Shown: positions 39,866-52,249 of the stretch, in pieces | How the letters are laid out: each line of letters opens with the position of its first letter | Position numbering within the stretch: position 1 is the stretch's first letter | NCBI GenBank assembly: GCA_964106915.2 | Contig: OZ066926.1 | Direction: 5' to 3' (one strand) | Source: Podarcis gaigeae | Lineage: Eukaryota | Length of the DNA: 64,000 bases | The notes under the pieces: model-generated | Told to the model about the DNA's origin: nothing | The model's input: the letters and a program-made list of their open reading frames with translations, nothing else | The model's database searches: none | Program-made: the position numbers and the translations under genes

Positions 39866-41029
39866 GTATGGCTGCACCCATCCCAGTGCTCCTGCCAGGG
39901 AACCCATGATTTTGGGGGGTGAATATTAAGAATTCCAAGGTCCAAAGGCACCCCTCTGACCTCTGTATCCCTTAACAGGATCTGCATGCATTTTTATTTT
40001 TATTTTGCATTAGAACTTTAATTGTACAAGTTGTGGGCTGGATAGCATATTCTCATATGAACTGCATTAATTACCCTGCCCTTAGTATTAAAATGTTAGA
40101 GGCCCAGTCAACAAAACTTAGTAGCTTATGGCATATTCTAGATGCTACGAAATAAAACAGAGAGTGCAGAAGGCAGTTTGGGCTGGGGACCCAGCCAAGA
40201 ATCAGCCTCAAAATCTAGAACTCTGAGGTAAATTATTTCCTGCCAGGTAAGGCCTGAAAAAAGGCCTCCCTGACAGGTAACCTGACCCCCCTCACACTCA
40301 CTTCCCTAGGAAAGAAGGATATGAATAAGCTAGGGTGACTTAAGCAATATATTTTCAACGCGTGTGTGTGTGTGTGTGTGTGTGTAAAACAGGACAGTGG
40401 AGATTTAATTTAAGGAGATACTGCACCTACCCACCACCTGAAGTTTGGCAGGTAGATAGGAGATAGTAGAATATTTCAGTCCTCAAAAAATCCTCCCTAG
40501 ACAGGCCCACCTGGCTTTTTCATCCTTGAGCTCTTATGGTTTGGCTAAAGAGGGCTAATCCCACAGTTAAGTGGAGGGTGACTGAGGGATGGAGTCCAGG
40601 TTGTGGAGGACAGAGACTTGTGGCCTGGCCTGCCATGTGCCCCCTAAGCTAGTCTGTGGTAAATGACTTTGTGTGTGGAACTGGGGAGAGCGGCCGCCAT
40701 ACTGGCCTTCACCTCAGGCGAGAAAGTGTCCTGACTGAGGCCTTTGGTTTAGTAAATTGACATTTTGATGACTGGTGGCAGTCACTGCTGAATTTTTATT
40801 TTACGGTGCTTTTGTGTTTGGCGTGCTTTCAATCTGGGTTTAAATCTTATTGTTCTTCTCTTGATGCTGTGCTCTAAATCTAATTTGGAGGATTTCTATT
40901 CTTGAAAGAAAGATGGGGCACCATTCTTCTCTGGCATATTCCTACGCCTTTTATTCGAGTCACAAGAAGTTAGCTGAGTTATCGTTGAGTGCTTACGCTC
41001 CTATAAGAGGCCACATGATAGCAGTTTCA

Positions 41030-41310
41030 ACAATCATGCATGGCATGGAAAAAGTGGAGGGACTTTCTTCTGCCTCCTAACATTGGAATTCATGGACATC
41101 CAGTCAAGCTGAATGATGGACCAGGTGATCCACTGGATCCCTTCCAACTCCACAATTCAAGGATTCTAAGTACTTCTTCACACAGTGCGTAGCTAAACTG
41201 TGGAACTTGCTCCCGCAGAAAGCAGTGACGGCCACCGACTTGGATGGTTTTAAAAGAGGATTAGAGAAATTAATAGAAGATAAAGACTATCAATGGCTGC
41301 TAGCCAGAAC
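41030..41310 (+). mobile_element. Degenerate CR1 LINE 3' fragment
   Basis: tacttcttcacacag..aaactgtggaact..ttggatggttttaaaagaggattaga matches the CR1 3' end. Confidence 0.6.
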
Positions 41311-41758
41311 GGCTATGTTCTGGTCAGCCACTGTTATGCTCTTATGTCTGTATAGTTTTGTGTGAGCTGCCCTGAGGTTTATTTTGAAGGATTGCATAGA
41401 GATTTGACTGAATAAATATTGACTCCGGTGGGATTTAACTCCCAGGTTTACATGGGATTGTATGCATAATACATACATATTAACATGCAGACATACAGTA
41501 ATAGGGAGAAAAACAATGGAAGGAAGAGGAAAACAAGCTGCGATTGCTCTGAACAAAAACTCCATGTTCAAAGGCATTATACACCTCTTATCTGTGGAGG
41601 TGCCTGGCTTCTACATCAGGCCCCGCAGGAAAGCTTTATGGGGAAGGAGGCAGACAGCGCTCAGTGATTCGCAAGGCAATTCAGAATAAAAAAAGATGGA
41701 ATGAAGCTGGCTATTTTTTTCCTAACTGTATCCCCCCCCCCCCTTCCATTCTCTTCAG

Positions 41759-41833
41759 ATGACTTTTCGCTGGCAGACTTAGGTGCCCACTTCAAACGCT
41801 GTTTGAAACACATCATGGAAAATGAAGTTAAAG
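41759..41833 (+). CDS. IZUMO1: IZUMO1 coding exon 2
   Basis: 75 nt, phase 1-1, ctcttcag/GTAGAG; DDFSLADLGAHFKRCLKHIMENEVK aligns with human [25 protein letters not shown]. Confidence 0.85.
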
Positions 41834-42052
41834 GTAGAGATATGCTAAAATGAATGGTATCGCATGGCCATCAGGAATATATGACTGTTTTCTTCCAAAT
41901 GGCTGTAATATGTTGCATGTATGTCTATTGGAATGTATTCATTTTGGTGCGGCCTCTGAAGGCATGCTCCTCATTCATATATCTGGCCGGTTGTTGCCCA
42001 GTCTTTTACACTGTAAATCTTTCAGTGCCTTTTACCTCACAATCAACTAGGC

Positions 42053-42067
42053 GTCGCCATCTGGTGG
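42053..42067 (-). promoter_or_regulatory. CTCF core motif
   Basis: CCACCAGATGGCGAC on the minus strand matches the CTCF consensus; motif match only. Confidence 0.5.
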
Positions 42068-42529
42068 TTTCTTCAATATAGTGCACCGCTATCTACTGGG
42101 TAGGTACTGTGTTGACAAATCAGTCTATGAGTGCTTTCAGATGGGACTTTAAACTTCCAAGTGGGTTGTTCATAACATTAAAGACAAACACACAGAGGAT
42201 TTCCCTCCAAAAGGGAAAATCTGAATTAAACAGGGGAGAAATGCAGGCTGGCATCATGGGCGTAGCATTGAAAGTACCAAATCAATTTAGGTTCAGTTGC
42301 CCTCCACCCAAGCAGATGCCCCCCCCCCCCCGAAAGCTGGCTCCCTACAATGGGGGTATTTTTACCTTTGATTTCCCAAAAGATGCCCATCAACTTTGGC
42401 TGCCCACCTAACAAAACTCCTGGCTACTTCTGAAGCTCAGAACATTGTATGGACACAGTAAACAATGTGCATCCACTAAAACCTCCAATCTCACAATAAA
42501 CACATTAATCAAAACTCTGCTTATAGCCC

Positions 42530-43060
42530 TCTTGGGAGAAGGGCAATGACAGGCCTAGACAGCATCTTGAGAAGTAGAGACATCACATTGCCAACAAAGG
42601 TTTGTATAGTTAAAGCTATGGTTTTCCCAGTAGTGATGTATGGAAGTGAGAGCTGGACCATAAAGAAGGCTGATCGCCGAAGAATTGATGCTTTTGAATT
42701 ATGGTCTGGAGGAGACTCTTGAGAGTCCCATGGACTGCAAGAAGATCAAACCTCTCCATACTGAAGGAAATCAACCCTGAGTGCTCACTGGAAGGACAGA
42801 TTGTGAAGCTGAGGCTCCAGTACTTTGGCCACCTCATGAGAAGAGAAGACTCCCTGGAGAAGACCCTGATGTTGGGAAAGATGGAGGGCACAAGGAGAAG
42901 GGGGCGACAGAGGACGAGATGGTTGGATAGTGTTTTCGAGGCTACCAACATGAGTTTGACCAAACTGCGGGAGGCAGTGTAGGACAGAGGTGCCTGGCGT
43001 TCTCTGGTCCATGGGGTCACGAAGAGTCGGACACGACTAAACGACTAAACAACAACAACA
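42530..43060 (+). mobile_element. BovB (RTE) LINE, 5'-truncated
   Basis: WRRLLRVPWTARRSNLSILKEINPECSLEGQIVKLRLQYFGHLMRREDSLEKTLMLGK is typical BovB; (CAA)n tail; TSD GCTTATAGCCC at 42519-42529 and 43061-43071. Confidence 0.93.
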
Positions 43061-43333
43061 GCTTATAGCCCATTCCCACAAGAATGGAGTGGGGTGTTAG
43101 CCTGCATGTATACAGACACTTCTTTGGATTAATTTTTGCGCTATTCAGTTGCTCATTTAAATTGGCCTCACTTGCCCTCATTGACACCATCATCCAGCCA
43201 AATATGGTTCATTATATGGCCTCATGACATTATATTCACTTTAGGATTCTTGACTGGGTGGACTCACCCATGTAACTACTCTGGAGGAAGGAGGAAGAAA
43301 CAGCACCTTGGGAGGGAGAGTGGCGCCAGAGCA

Positions 43334-43348
43334 GTTGCCAAGGGAAAC
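43334..43348. promoter_or_regulatory. RFX X-box-like motif in an IZUMO1 intron
   Basis: GTTGCCAAGGGAAAC vs consensus GTNRCC-N0-3-RGYAAC (one mismatch); motif only. Confidence 0.3.
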
Positions 43349-44601
43349 GGTGGATCCGTAAAATGACAAATAGGCACACAGTCTTAAAAAAAACAAAACA
43401 CAACACTTTTAGAATAAATTTCCACTCCACAAGCTCTTGGCTCAAAAATAAACGAAACTATGACCCCAGTCCTATTTCCCATAAAATGGGGGGGGGGGGG
43501 AATGTAAAATGTGGCTCAACAGGTCATGCTCACATACATGCATGTTTCTGATCACAGTGGCAGACAGCAGGTTTGTTCATATTTATGTAGCTCTGCTGCC
43601 TCCTAACTGAATTATAAGCCTGAATTATATAGGCCATATAGTTGTTGGGCGCCCCTGCTGGAAACCCTGCTGTTTCTGTTGTTATCTAGGTCTTTGGGGA
43701 GGAATTTGGAACTGGAAGAAGCGTTTCCTTCGACTCTGCTCCTCCTGCATGCTGTTAAACTTTGTTTTAGAGGATAGATTGGATGAAAAACATGGGGCAG
43801 GGCAAAGCACAAAATGGTGCTGTGTGTCATGTAAACCACCCTGTGATCTTCAGGGTGGCATATACATTTAATAAATAAGAAGAATAAATAAACAATTTTT
43901 TAAAAAGAAAAACCCAACAAAAATCTACATTTTAAAATGCGCATTTCTAAACATTCTGGCTTATATTGCACTCCGACTGTTGGCCCTTCCTCCTTTTCAG
44001 CATCACAATTCATCATGCAAAGGGACAGCCCCAGGGGTCCGCACGGCATGTGGGGGTCCCTGGGCCTGCTCCTCCTCTTCGTCAACTGCTTTCTTGTTTG
44101 CCCACATCTCTCTATAACACAGAAGTGCTGGAAAGAGGAAGGAGGTGCTACTGCCATTGCCTAGCAGGCAAGCAAGTGATAGCAATTCAGTGGTGGCCGG
44201 TGCCGTGTGGGGCTGGTGGGCCAGAAGGCAAAGAGCCCAAACAGTATGTAGAGGCAGAGCCAACTAGTCCTAGATTTGTCCCCATCGTCCTCCCAGCTGA
44301 GTTCCACAGGGACAGCGCTTGCACCAAGGGAGTAGGAAGCTGATAGGCAGTGCCACCCACTGGATTGGTTATATGTAAGAAGACAGGAAGGCCGGGCAGA
44401 TTGAGGTTGGTAGGGCAGTGCCCCATTAGCCTGAATGGGCCAGCCTCCGTGGGGAACAGGAGGAGGAGCTGGTGATCATGACCGTGAGGAGGTCAGCTTC
44501 CTGACAGAGGGGCCCCCAGGGTGGGTGTCTTGTCCAAGGGCCCTGTGAAACATGGAGCCCACCTAGACCTCCTGCTCTTACCGTTTGCTTTTCCTTTGCA
44601 G

Positions 44602-44685
44602 AGGCTCAGCTTCATAAAGAGATGGATTCGTGTTTTCAGAAGCTACTGACTGTTTTTCACGAGCTATTGCCCAGAGTTGCAAAAT
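44602..44685 (+). CDS. IZUMO1: IZUMO1 coding exon 3
   Basis: 84 nt, phase 1-1, ctttgcag/GTAAG; EAQLHKEMDSCFQKLLTVFHELLPRVAK, a helix-4-like segment that keeps the frame. Confidence 0.8.
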
Positions 44686-44817
44686 GTAAGCTGTGCATAG
44701 CTTGGCTGAGCCATATGGGGCGGGTGGGCGAAGGAGTTGGCAGGTGAGGCAGGCAAGGGCAGCAGTCCCTAGTTAGTAATAGAAAAATAAAATGAAAAGT
44801 TGTTGATAGGGGTTATA

Positions 44818-45175
44818 TGGGTGGCGCTGTGGTCTAAACTACTGAGCCTAAGGCTTGCCGATCAGAAGGTTGGCGGTTCGAATCCCCGCAACAGGGTGAG
44901 CTCCCGTTGCTCTGTCCCTGCTCCTGCCCACCTAGAAGTTTGAAAGCACATCAAAGTGCAAGTAGATAAATAGGTACCGCTCCGGCGAGAAGGTAAACGG
45001 TGTTTCCATGTGCTGCTCTGGTTTCGCCAGGAGCGGCTTAGTCATGCTGGCCACATGACCCAGAAATACTGTCTGTGGACAAACGTCGGCTCCCTCAGCC
45101 AGTAAAGTAAGATGAGCACCACAACCCCAGAGTCGTTCACAACTGGACTTGACTGTCAGGGGTCCTTTACCTTTA
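44818..45175 (+). mobile_element. Sauria SINE
   Basis: Full body; TSD GATAGGGGTTATA at 44805-44817 and 45176-45188. Confidence 0.9.
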
Positions 45176-45396
45176 GATAGGGGTTATAGGTCCTTCTTTC
45201 TCCCTTTGCACCATACAAACACCCGCTCATCCTCTGAAGTTAAATAGATGCTGACCAGATCAGCTGTAAGGGAAGGTCTGCAGGGGCCAGTTCAAAAGTT
45301 GGCAATCCTAACTGGGTTACTGACAATGGTGTGTGGGCGGAGGGGGGTGTACAGACACACGCAACTGCCAACTTCCTTCCTTCTTTCTCTTTGCAG

Positions 45397-45417
45397 ATTA
45401 TTGCAGCAATGAATGCG
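45397..45417 (+). CDS. IZUMO1: IZUMO1 coding exon 4 (21-nt microexon)
   Basis: Long polypyrimidine tract + tgcag, donor G|GTGAG; YYCSNECG supplies the CxxxC motif (human YCPNKCG). Confidence 0.85.
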
Positions 45418-46847
45418 GTGAGTAAAATGAACTTAGAGAGTTCGTTTTAAAAAGGAATTAGTTTGACCTGTCCCCAAAGGAACTAATTCTAGTTCACGTT
45501 CAGCCCTTTGAGAAATGAACTAGTTTGGTTCACATACAGTTCACAGTTCAATTCATATCCATCCACATGATTCTCTGTCATTTTCTAACCTCTCAACATT
45601 TCGATTTTGTGTGTGTGTGTGCATAGCCAAAGGCCTTTACAGTCTACAGCAGAGAGCAAGGCAAGGTTTTCCTTTGAAATCCCACAACATACCCTATAAA
45701 AAGTTTACAGCATAAAAAGTTAAAATTAGAGAGCATTAACATATCCAGAACGGAGTTTCTTAGCTGCCAGAGCAAATTTGGCTACCAGGTGTGTAATCTG
45801 TAGGTCTTTATCAGTTAGGAGCACTATAGTCTGCCCTTCACAGAGTTACAATTCCCACAAGCCCTTAAACTGTAGCACTCATACTTATTTTAGGGAAAGT
45901 ACGTATGTGCTTTCAAAGTATTGTGTCTCTGCAGCCATACAACTTCAGGCCCGTCACAATCTTTTTAGCGGTTTTGGCTGCTAAAGTTGGTCAAGGCGGT
46001 TTTGACCTCTAAAGTTGGCATGTCCTGGATTTCTGGTTCTCGCCCATACCTGCACAGGTATGGCACCTCCTTTATAAGGAAGAGATCCTGTTGTAAGCGG
46101 AGCAGGGGAAAAGCCATTCTCTGTCTTTCAAGACTTCCTTATCAGAGTGTTCCGACTTTCTCCTGCCAGATGTTGGAGAGTGAGGTAACACCTGCCAGAT
46201 GTCTAGGGTAAATGGATCAATTCCTCCTACCCGAGAACAAAATGGCTGCAAATCAGTGCTTACATGCATAAGCTTCCCCGGTCAGAGGAAGCCTTACCTG
46301 AGGTACTGTTGTTTACATTCCCTGGCAGCAGCTCTCCAGGGTCTCAGACAGAGAAAAGTCATTCATTTCACATGCGATCTGATTGTTCTAGCTAGGCATG
46401 CCAGGACCAGATCTGGGGACATCTACATTCAAAGCATGTACTCTGCGATTGAACTATGGCTCCTTCCCTCAGGAGTCTCTTGAGGCCTTTTGCTGCCAGA
46501 GGCAGAAACCCCAAATGATCAGCCAAACCATCCCACCTAGTTAATACACGAAACAAGCCCCAGGAGAGTTCTGCGCTATTAGAGCTGATAGCTTATCAGC
46601 CAGCTCCTGTGGATCTGCCATTAACAGCAACATGATGTTACAGCGTGACCATGTCTACATATGTAAAGGGATGCCCTTGTCCACGTGTATCCAACTGATA
46701 TGCTCAGAGTCAATGCACACAATGGGGCAAATTAAACTGCTGCTATGGTCAATTAAAACCAAGCAACAAACCACAGCATAAAGAAGAATAAAGAAGGCAG
46801 AAGCCGAAATGTTTTGCTATAAGAATTTAAAATTTCTGTTTTGTTAG

Positions 46848-46930
<83 letters not shown>
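46848..46930. repeat. (CT)n(CA)n microsatellite
   Basis: Directly visible. Confidence 0.95.
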
Positions 46931-46931
<1 letters not shown>

Positions 46932-48237
46932 TCCAGTTGGACTGGTGGCTTTGGAGTTAAATCTAAAAGTCTATAGGGATAAGAGGAAGGTGTTGAGTGC
47001 CAGATAGACATGAATACAGCTCAGCTAGTTTAGAGTGGGAAGTTAGAACAGAACAGAAGCAGTGCTGGCTAGAAGCAGCATAGCTATCCTGGTTGAGAAA
47101 TTAGAGAAACAGAAAGGCAGAAACAGAGGTGTCAGTGGAAGAAATAGGCACTGAAGGAACAAAGCACAGACTTTGTTCTCTGTACCTGAACCAAGCTCAG
47201 CATCCTTTAACCCGAAACTCCATTCCATGTCATCTTCCAAGCTTTCTTAGTTTTAGCAGCCTAATTTAAAGGGGGCGGAAACCCTATTGCTGTTGTTAAA
47301 CAGTTGCAAATCTACTGCAAATCAGCTAGAGGTATGCCAAGAAATCTGCCAACTCTTACCTAAAGTAATGCCAGTGAGTACTAAAGTGACTACACTTGGT
47401 GTCAGTGCCTCAGGTGTGGAGCTTTTTCTGTTAGGGCCTTTGAGGAAATCAAATCTAGATGTGCCAAGGATGACTTGGGTGGAATCTACGCACATATGAG
47501 AACTGTTCTGAAAAGGCTGCTTCTTTTTTTAAAGCATTTTTTTTAAAAAAAAACCAACAACACAACACCATTGAATTTTCCATGAGGCTCACCACCGCAA
47601 TCTAGTGTCACGTATATTGCACCTAAAACACACTTAAAACGTTTTATTTGCAGCTGTATAGCTGAGTCCTTGATTAGGTTTGAGTTTGGTGGGGGGTAGG
47701 AAAGAGAGTGAATTGACTGTTTGACACCCCACACCCGCTACCATGAGTGCTCTTCACTATGCTTTGACCTCAGGTGGCAGTAATGCTCCTGAATACCAGT
47801 GGCTGGAAACAGCAGAAGGGGAAAGTGCTCTTGTGATCACATCCTGCTTTCCGCAGGCTTCCCATAGGCATCTGGTTGACCACAGTGAGAACAGGATGCT
47901 GGCCATTGGCCTGACCCAGCAGCTTATTATGAAATTTCAGTGTCAGGGTATTTGAGTTATACCTGTATTTAAAATGACAGGCAAGCTGGGTTGTTGTAGT
48001 TTTTTGCTAACACCAATGTGCTAAACCCAGGATGGCAAATGCTTATCTTTACACATGCACTACTTTCTGTTGTTACAGGTGTAGGAGTGGGGCAGGCCAG
48101 AGGGGTGGAGGCATAGAATCAGTTGGTGACCCCTATGTTCCAGCCTCAAAGCAGTAATGAACTGCACAAGACCAGTGCCATCATTTGAACTGAATTTATT
48201 ACGGTCCCAGACCAGACTCTAATGATAAAGCGGGATA

Positions 48238-48368
48238 NNNNNNNNNNNNNNNNNNNNNNNNNNNNNNNNNNNNNNNNNNNNNNNNNNNNNNNNNNNNNNN
48301 NNNNNNNNNNNNNNNNNNNNNNNNNNNNNNNNNNNNNNNNNNNNNNNNNNNNNNNNNNNNNNNNNNNN
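48238..48368. other. Assembly gap (N run), within an IZUMO1 intron
   Basis: Run of N; the exon chain across it stays in frame. Confidence 1.
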
Positions 48369-48518
48369 ATCCCAAGAGATTTGTTCCCAGGGGAGTTTGT
48401 GTTTGGTGAGCCAGATTGCTGTGCTTGTCCCACTATCTGTCACCTTCTCTCCAGTTCACCCTCCTTCTGCCCTTCTGCCCGAACCCAGAACCCTCCTTCT
48501 GGTCCTCTCGTTCTGCAG

Positions 48519-48599
48519 GTGTGATGAGCTATGTGCTTACTCATTGCTTCACGTGCCTCGTACAGACTTACACGTGCAACAAGAGATACCGGTGTGGAG
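48519..48599 (+). CDS. IZUMO1: IZUMO1 coding exon 5 (beta-hairpin hinge)
   Basis: 81 nt, phase 1-1; GVMSYVLTHCFTCLVQTYTCNKRYRCG has the same Cys spacing as human [27 protein letters not shown]. Confidence 0.9.
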
Positions 48600-49210
48600 G
48601 TAAGAGCTGAGAAAAGGGAGCAGGCTCAGTTTGGGCCCCACAAATCTGTGGCAGAAGACAGGGCCTGGCAGGATTGAGATACAAGAGAAAGACTCCCGAG
48701 GCCAGTCTAAACAAACCCACTGGGACTAGTTGTAAGTAAGAAGGCAGGCAGGAAGGGGAACATTGGCTGAGGGGAGGAGACTGAAGTTGGCAGGGCAGTG
48801 TCCCATTCGCCTTAGGGGACAAGCTTCCACTGGGCTTGACAGTGGAATACGGCCATGTTGCCCTTCTCCCCAGGTGAGCTAGCTACAATTTTGGGGGGTG
48901 GGGGGAGGGTGGAAAATCAGAACTTTTGGGAGCAAGTGGGAGAGCTCCCCTCCTTCAATCCAAACCTTGCAATGGCTTCTGACAGCCAGTGGAGGGAGGT
49001 TGTATACGGCTAGTGTCCTTAGAATCATAGAATCAAAGAGTTGGAAGGGACCCCCAAGGATGTCTGTTTTAAAAAACCATAAGACCAGAGAGCAACCATA
49101 AGTTGCCTATCCATCCTTAGCAATACCTGGGCAACAAGTCACCTACTCAGTTTCCCCCACTATGGTAAATCAGGTTGTATTTCTAATTTGCATCTATTAT
49201 ATAAATGAGC

Positions 49211-49574
49211 GGGACGCGGGTGGCGCTGTGGGTTAAACCACAGAGCCTAGGACTTGCCAATCAGAAGGTAGGCAGTTTGAATCCCCATGACGGGGTGAGC
49301 TCCCGTTGCTCGGTCCCTGCTCCTGCCAACCTAGCAGTTCGAAAGCACGTCAAAGTGCAAGTAGATAAATAGCTACCGCTCTGGCGGGAAGTGCGCTGCT
49401 CTGCGCTGCTCTGGCGTTTGCCTGCGCTGCTCTGGTTCACCAGAAGTGGCTTAGTCATGCTGGCCACATGACCTGGAAGTTGTACACCGGCTCCTTCGGC
49501 CAATAAAGCGAGATGAGCACCGCAACCCCAGAGTCGGCCATGACTCGACTTAATGGTCAGGGGTCCCTTTACCT
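49211..49574 (+). mobile_element. Sauria SINE with internal GCGCTGCTCT duplications
   Basis: Full body; TSD TTATATAAATGAGC at 49197-49210 and 49575-49588. Confidence 0.9.
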
Positions 49575-49615
49575 TTATATAAATGAGCACATGCACATTT
49601 TATGTGAATATGTGA

Positions 49616-49627
49616 CTCTCTCTTTCT

Positions 49628-49676
<49 letters not shown>
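49616..49676. repeat. (CT)n microsatellite
   Basis: Directly visible. Confidence 0.9.
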
Positions 49677-49678
<2 letters not shown>

Positions 49679-50130
49679 GTGATGCCCAAGTGACCACTCA
49701 ACTCATCCTGCCCTGAGAATAAAATCCCAGCTCCCAGATTTCTTCACCAAGCCCTTCATTAATCCGCTTCCTCCACCTTGAACACAATCATCCCCACCAG
49801 GCTCCTTCCTTCCCTGCCAGTCCCATTACTACTTAGGTGATGGCTTTGCTAGGCTGTATATCATAGGGATTGTCTTGTTTTGACTATATGTAAGCTGCTC
49901 TCTTTTTGGCTGAAGAGCAGGGTACAAATGCTTTAAATAACAGCAACAACTAACAACTTGTCCCTGTATAAGTAAAAAAAAGGTGCCTTCTTAGAGTGCT
50001 GTTTGGATGTTCTAATGGTTTTACTTGTGACTTGTGGGCAATCAATGATAATGTTGCACATGTGGCGGGCAGTAGTGGATTAAATGTTAAGTATCTAGAA
50101 GAACAGATTTTGGATACTTGGATTTTGCAG

Positions 50131-50231
50131 AAAGGAAGATACAAGTGGAAATGGATGAAGATCTGGTTCTGGACTGTGCTCTGCAGTGGCACAAGTTTAG
50201 TCAAAGTGTGAAGAAATACATCTTCTACCGG
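50131..50231 (+). CDS. IZUMO1: IZUMO1 coding exon 6 (Ig-like domain, N-half)
   Basis: 101 nt, phase 1-0; ERKIQVEMDEDLVLDCALQWHKFSQSVKKYIFYR corresponds to human [34 protein letters not shown]. Confidence 0.92.
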
Positions 50232-52019
50232 GTAGGCAGTGCCTCTAAGAAGTGGCCTTCCCCTTTGCCAGCCTACTTGCCTCCCCAAAAATCTACCGCC
50301 ACTGACTTTTGACCTGTAACTCCCCACCCTTGCCAAGAGTTAGCTTATGTGTCAATCACATTTTCACGCTGCAGGGTTCAGGGTGACATACATGTGCCCC
50401 CTTTTTTATGCTCATGACAACCTGGTTAAGTGCAGAGAGTGTGACAGGTGGCCACAACCTCTGTGAGCTTCATGTCTCAGTAGAGACTTGGGTCTCCTTA
50501 CAGTGTTTCTGAACCTGTGGGTCCCCAGATGTTGTTGGACTACAACTCCCATCATTCCTAGCCAGCATGACCAGTGGTCAGGGATGATGGGAGTTGTAGT
50601 CCAACAACATCTGGGGACCCTAGTCCAACACTTTGAACCACTACACCACTCTGGACCTCACTTTAACAAGGAAATAAGTTGGTGTTCAAATCTGTGTGGA
50701 AAATATATTATCTGATGCTGATAACGTCTAATATTTATAACTTACCTTTTGTCTGTGCAGCAGGCACACAAAATAAACAAAACCATAAAATACACAACAA
50801 TAACAACCACAGAGCACACTAAACCAACAACCAGCTAACTAAAATGTCTGGGCAAACGAGTAAGTCTTAGCCTTGTGCCAGTTGGGCTTCTAAGGGAAGG
50901 GCTGTCTCCCACATAACGGCAGCACACACCTCGCCCAGCGATGGAAGATGGGAAAATGCTTCCTTTGGGAATCTTACAATACGGGAAGGGGAAGGTGATC
51001 CTTCTGGTATTTGGGTCCCAAGCCATTTAGGGCCTTAATCAGAATTTGGCCCAGAAACAAAATCCCCCATTACTATTATGGGTGGTTGTACAACCGCAGA
51101 ATCTAGCATCCATTGAGGTTTGGAGTCAAAGGCTGCAGTGTCCTCAGCTATGCAGTCAGACCAGGTTCAGGGCTCCAAATCTGATGCTGGAGAGCAGGAG
51201 ATCACGGAACCTGGGGCTGACAGATGAGACCCCGCTGAACAAGCACCCAGATCACCAGGGTCTGTAGGGCTAGAGCCAGGGATCCTTTCACACACCGGAG
51301 CTGGAGGAACCCAATGTCTCCTGCTGCATCTCACCAGTCTAGTGCTCCAGGGAGCACTTTGGGAGGAAGGCTATGGAACAGAGAAGGTGTGCCTGTCTTT
51401 TAAGTTATCCACAAGGGGGCAGAGCCTGGAAAAGGTAGTCTAGACAGTGGTGGAGGAAAGGGGGTGCAGTGGGTGTGGGCCACCCCGGGTGTCATCACTG
51501 AGGGGGGTGTGTGTGACAAAATTACAAAAATATGAGGTTTTTAAAAAAGGGCTCACGAAACTTTTTAGTTCGGTCAACAAATGCAACAAAACCCGGCTGG
51601 CACTAGGCGTCACACCGTGGAGGCTGGCACTTATTGCAGGACCTGCAGTGTGCCTGAGCCACGCATCTCTCCTGGGAGTGGCGTGGGGCCTTGAGCGCCC
51701 ACAGGCTCAGTGCAGCCTGAAACGGCAGTGTGGAGCTTGCATCTACTCACCGCCTCTCCCTCAGCTGCCCTACAGCTGAGGGGGAGGCTGCGGAGAGGCA
51801 CTGGGCACCCGAGCAGCTAGCTACACCGCTGAGTCTAGAGGCAGATTCTTAGAAGGGCTCATTCTGCTTTCAACTTTTGGTGAAGCAAGTTGTTCAGCTG
51901 GGGCTCTCTGTGGTGCTCCAACTCCTTATGGGGGCCTGGCATTGGATTTGAACATGGACAGTGGTGGGCTGGAGTCAAAGAGGGCTTTGCAGGGGTTCCT
52001 GTCAGCAGGGAAACACATA

Positions 52020-52187
52020 CAGTGGTACCTCTAGATGCAAATGGGATCCATTCCGGAGCCCTGTTTGCATCTAGAAGCAAACGTAGCCCGTGTCTGCACG
52101 TCATTTTGAGCGTCTGCACATGCGCAAGTGATGAAACCCGGAAGTAACGTGCTCATCCCGAAGCACATTCAACCCGAGGCATGATTG
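52020..52187. mobile_element. Tc1/mariner-type MITE (internally deleted)
   Basis: TA-CAGTGGTACCTC ... GAGGCATGATTG-TA. Confidence 0.65.
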
Positions 52188-52249
52188 TACATGCACGAAA
52201 AGCCACTTCTTTCTCAATGCTAGTATCCAAATGCAGCCCTTCTTCTTAG

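Noticed and set aside
43937-44343. ORFs with a hydrophobic MWGSLGLLLLFVNCFLVC stretch suggesting a nested secreted gene
   Set aside because: No splice-consistent continuation or recognisable domain; intronic to IZUMO1
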